Assembly (NCBI GenBank): GCA_965223845.1 | Contig: CBDCXR010000004.1 | Location: 6,560,001 to 6,624,000, forward strand | DNA: 64,000 bases | Source: Planctomycetota bacterium | GTDB lineage: Bacteria > Planctomycetota > UBA8108 > SXIK01 | Reading direction: 5' to 3' | In this document: one piece after another, positions 61,742 to 64,000 of the stretch | Layout: each line of letters opens with the position of its first letter | Numbering within the stretch: the stretch's first letter is position 1 | The notes under the pieces: model-generated | The model's database searches: none | Told to the model about the DNA's origin: nothing | The model's input: the letters and a program-made list of their open reading frames with translations, nothing else | Translations under genes and position numbers: made by a program

Positions 61742-64000
61742 ATGCTGCGAGCGCTTCGAACGTCCCTAGGCTCCCGGCCGTTTTTTTCATGGGCACATCA
61801 TGACCATCTCGTGAGGATCGCCCTCGTTTCTTTCGCAATCGCTGGTCTCGCGTTCGCACAGGAAACGGGAGGGGGGACGGACTACGGCGACGTCCAGACC
61901 TTCACGCTCGAAGAACGGCTGATCGAGCAGGAAGCCTCCGACCGCCAGATGATGCTCGACCGTCGCGAGGCGGCCGAGATCGGCGACCGCATCGGCCGGC
62001 AGGCGATGAGTCGCGACCCGGCGGGAGACGTCGCAACGGTGAGTCGACGATCCCCCGCGGTCACGGTGAAGGGCGGAAAGTTCGTCTTCATCCGCGGACT
62101 CGGCGAGCGTTACAGCCAGACGCTCCTCAATCGCGCAAACATTCCTTCGCCCGAGCCGGACAAGCGCGTCGTCCCGCTCGATCTCTTCCCGACGAGCCTC
62201 ATCGAGTCGGTCAACATTGCGCGCTCGTATTCGCCCGACATGCCCGGCGAGTTTTCCGGGGGAAGCGTGCAGATCAAGACGATCGACGTTCCGCTAGAAG
62301 CGTTCTTCCGACTGAGTCTCGGCGTCAAGTACCGTGACGGCACGACGCTCGAAGACTTCGAGACTTACGACGGCGGCCGGTACGACTACTTCGGCTTCGA
62401 CGACGGCACGCGTGATCTCCCGAGCGAGGTGCCGGGCGAAGAGGTGCGCGAGACCTTCGACGATCGCGGGTTCTCTCCCGAAGAGGTGCAGCGCATCGGT
62501 CGTTCGTTCAAAAACGTGTGGGAGTCGCGCCCGATCGCAGCGCTGCCCGAGCACAAGCTGAGTCTCTCCTTTGGTCGGCGCTTCGGCGAGCCCGGTGGCG
62601 GACAGCTCGGGATCGTCGGGGCGCTCAACTGGGGAAACAAGTACCAGACGATCGAGGACGAGACGTTTCGGATCCTCAAGAACAACGGCTCGATTGCCTC
62701 GCCGAACATCCGTGTGTTCAACGACTTCGATCTGAATTCCTACAAGTTCGAGGCCGAAGTCTCCGGGGTTCTCAACCTCGTCTACGAGATCAATCCGGCG
62801 CAGAAGGTAGGCGTCCGAAATCTCTTTACTCGCGTCGCCGAAGACCGAGTTCGCACGCAGAGCGGAATCGACGGACAGCAGGACCGCGCGATCGAGGTGA
62901 CGCAGCTTCGCTACGTCGAGCGGACCCTCTGGTTCACGCAGGCCTTCGGGGAACACCTCCTCGAGGGTGACACCTTTCTCGATTGGCGGCTCAGCTATTC
63001 GCTCTCGCAGCGTGACGAGCCCGACAATCGCCAGGTCCGCTACGACTTCCAGGACTTCGATCAGGATTTTGTGCTCGAGAACGTCTCCGGGAGTGGACGG
63101 CGCGATTACTACCTGCTCGACGAGAATATCTACGACGGCGGTATCGACTACGCGATCCCCTTCGCCCCGTTCGTGAAGACGGATCCCGACCCCGATCGAC
63201 TCCGGCCGAAGCAGAAGATCCAGCTCGGCCTCGCCGCAACCCTGCGCGATCGTGACTTCGACGCGCGGCGATTCCGCTTTGTTCCGCGGGGATCTCCCGT
63301 GGACGAGTTCGGGAATCGCATCGATCTCACTGCGCCCCCGGAGGAGATCTTCCAACCGGAGAACATCCACACCGATGGCTTCGTCCTCGACGAGAAAACG
63401 CGCAGCACCGACAACTACGAGGCGGAGCAAACGCTGCTCGCCGGCTATCTCTTCACCGATGTTCTCCTCCTCAAGGAGAAGCCTGCCGTCGAGACGCTGA
63501 GACTTCAGCTCGGCGGACGGATCGAGAACTCCGATCAGGAAGTGACGACGTTTCGCCTCTTCGGCGAAAACCCCGAAGAGGTCGAGGCGAAGATCGACAA
63601 GACCGATTTTCTGCCGGCGCTCAACCTGACGTGGGAGTTCGTGAAAGCGATGCAGGTGCGCTTGAGCGCGAGTCGAACCGTCAGCCGGCCGGAGTTTCGC
63701 GAGCTGGCGGAGTTCGAGTTCACCGACGTCGCCCAAGGATTCAAGGCCCGCGGAAATCCCGACCTGAAGCGAGGGCGGCTCTGGAACTTCGATCTCCGCT
63801 GGGAGTGGTTTCCCGCTCCCGCGGACGTCGTGTCCGTCGGTGTTTTCTACAAGCTGTTCGAGGATCCGATCGAAGAGGTGATCATCCCGACCGGGTCGAG
63901 CCTGCTGAAGAGCTGGGACAACGCCGACTCGGCGGATCTCTGGGGAGTCGAGTTCGAGGTCCGGAAGAACCTCGGCTTCCTCGGCGAATGGACGGACGGT
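61742..64000 (+). CDS. TonB-dependent receptor, runs off the window
   Basis: Translated by hand: ...LAFA-Q...GKFVFIRGLGERYSQTLLN..IPSPEPDKRVVPLDLFP...SRTVSRPEFRELA...GNPDLK...NFDLRWEWFP; alternative start GTG 61811. Confidence 0.93.
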   Translation, partial: MLRALRTSLGSRPFFSWAHHDHLVRIALVSFAIAGLAFAQETGGGTDYGDVQTFTLEERLIEQEASDRQMMLDRREAAEIGDRIGRQAMSRDPAGDVATVSRRSPAVTVKGGKFVFIRGLGERYSQTLLNRANIPSPEPDKRVVPLDLFPTSLIESVNIARSYSPDMPGEFSGGSVQIKTIDVPLEAFFRLSLGVKYRDGTTLEDFETYDGGRYDYFGFDDGTRDLPSEVPGEEVRETFDDRGFSPEEVQRIGRSFKNVWESRPIAALPEHKLSLSFGRRFGEPGGGQLGIVGALNWGNKYQTIEDETFRILKNNGSIASPNIRVFNDFDLNSYKFEAEVSGVLNLVYEINPAQKVGVRNLFTRVAEDRVRTQSGIDGQQDRAIEVTQLRYVERTLWFTQAFGEHLLEGDTFLDWRLSYSLSQRDEPDNRQVRYDFQDFDQDFVLENVSGSGRRDYYLLDENIYDGGIDYAIPFAPFVKTDPDPDRLRPKQKIQLGLAATLRDRDFDARRFRFVPRGSPVDEFGNRIDLTAPPEEIFQPENIHTDGFVLDEKTRSTDNYEAEQTLLAGYLFTDVLLLKEKPAVETLRLQLGGRIENSDQEVTTFRLFGENPEEVEAKIDKTDFLPALNLTWEFVKAMQVRLSASRTVSRPEFRELAEFEFTDVAQGFKARGNPDLKRGRLWNFDLRWEWFPAPADVVSVGVFYKLFEDPIEEVIIPTGSSLLKSWDNADSADLWGVEFEVRKNLGFLGEWTDG

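Noticed and set aside
1211-63736. Many long antisense or alternate-frame ORFs (e.g. 1211-3346, 17651-20509, 40564-42921, 62294-63736)
   Set aside because: Shadows of real high-GC genes; Arg/Val-rich with no motifs

Overview
High-GC bacterial DNA, probably Planctomycetota (inferred from the DUF1501 + DUF1549/DUF1553 pair and the planctomycete-style Cys-containing dockerin tails). About 26 real genes; most other ORF-track entries are shadow frames. Housekeeping-type genes: TPP riboswitch-thiC, HAD phosphatase, Lhr helicase, an OmpR-type two-component system, WD40, isochorismatase-family and SLOG-family proteins. Two things stand out. (1) Ten secreted proteins carry a dockerin-like domain but no recognisable glycoside hydrolase catalytic domain: two CotH kinases alternating with three proteins built from ten copies of a GRHxG/WIDR beta-sandwich domain, a temptin-like CxxCH protein, a PA14-like repeat protein, a jelly-roll repeat protein, a lipoprotein, and the partner gene of a TonB-dependent receptor. 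(2) An intergenic repeat family has nine arms made of CGAAG units. Seven start within about 30 nt of a stop codon. Three near-perfect inverted pairs share pair-private variants and enclose unrelated 138-227 bp spacers, and one loose pair brackets a whole gene. No tRNA, rRNA, CRISPR array or transposase was seen. Domain calls come from motif recognition, not database searches.
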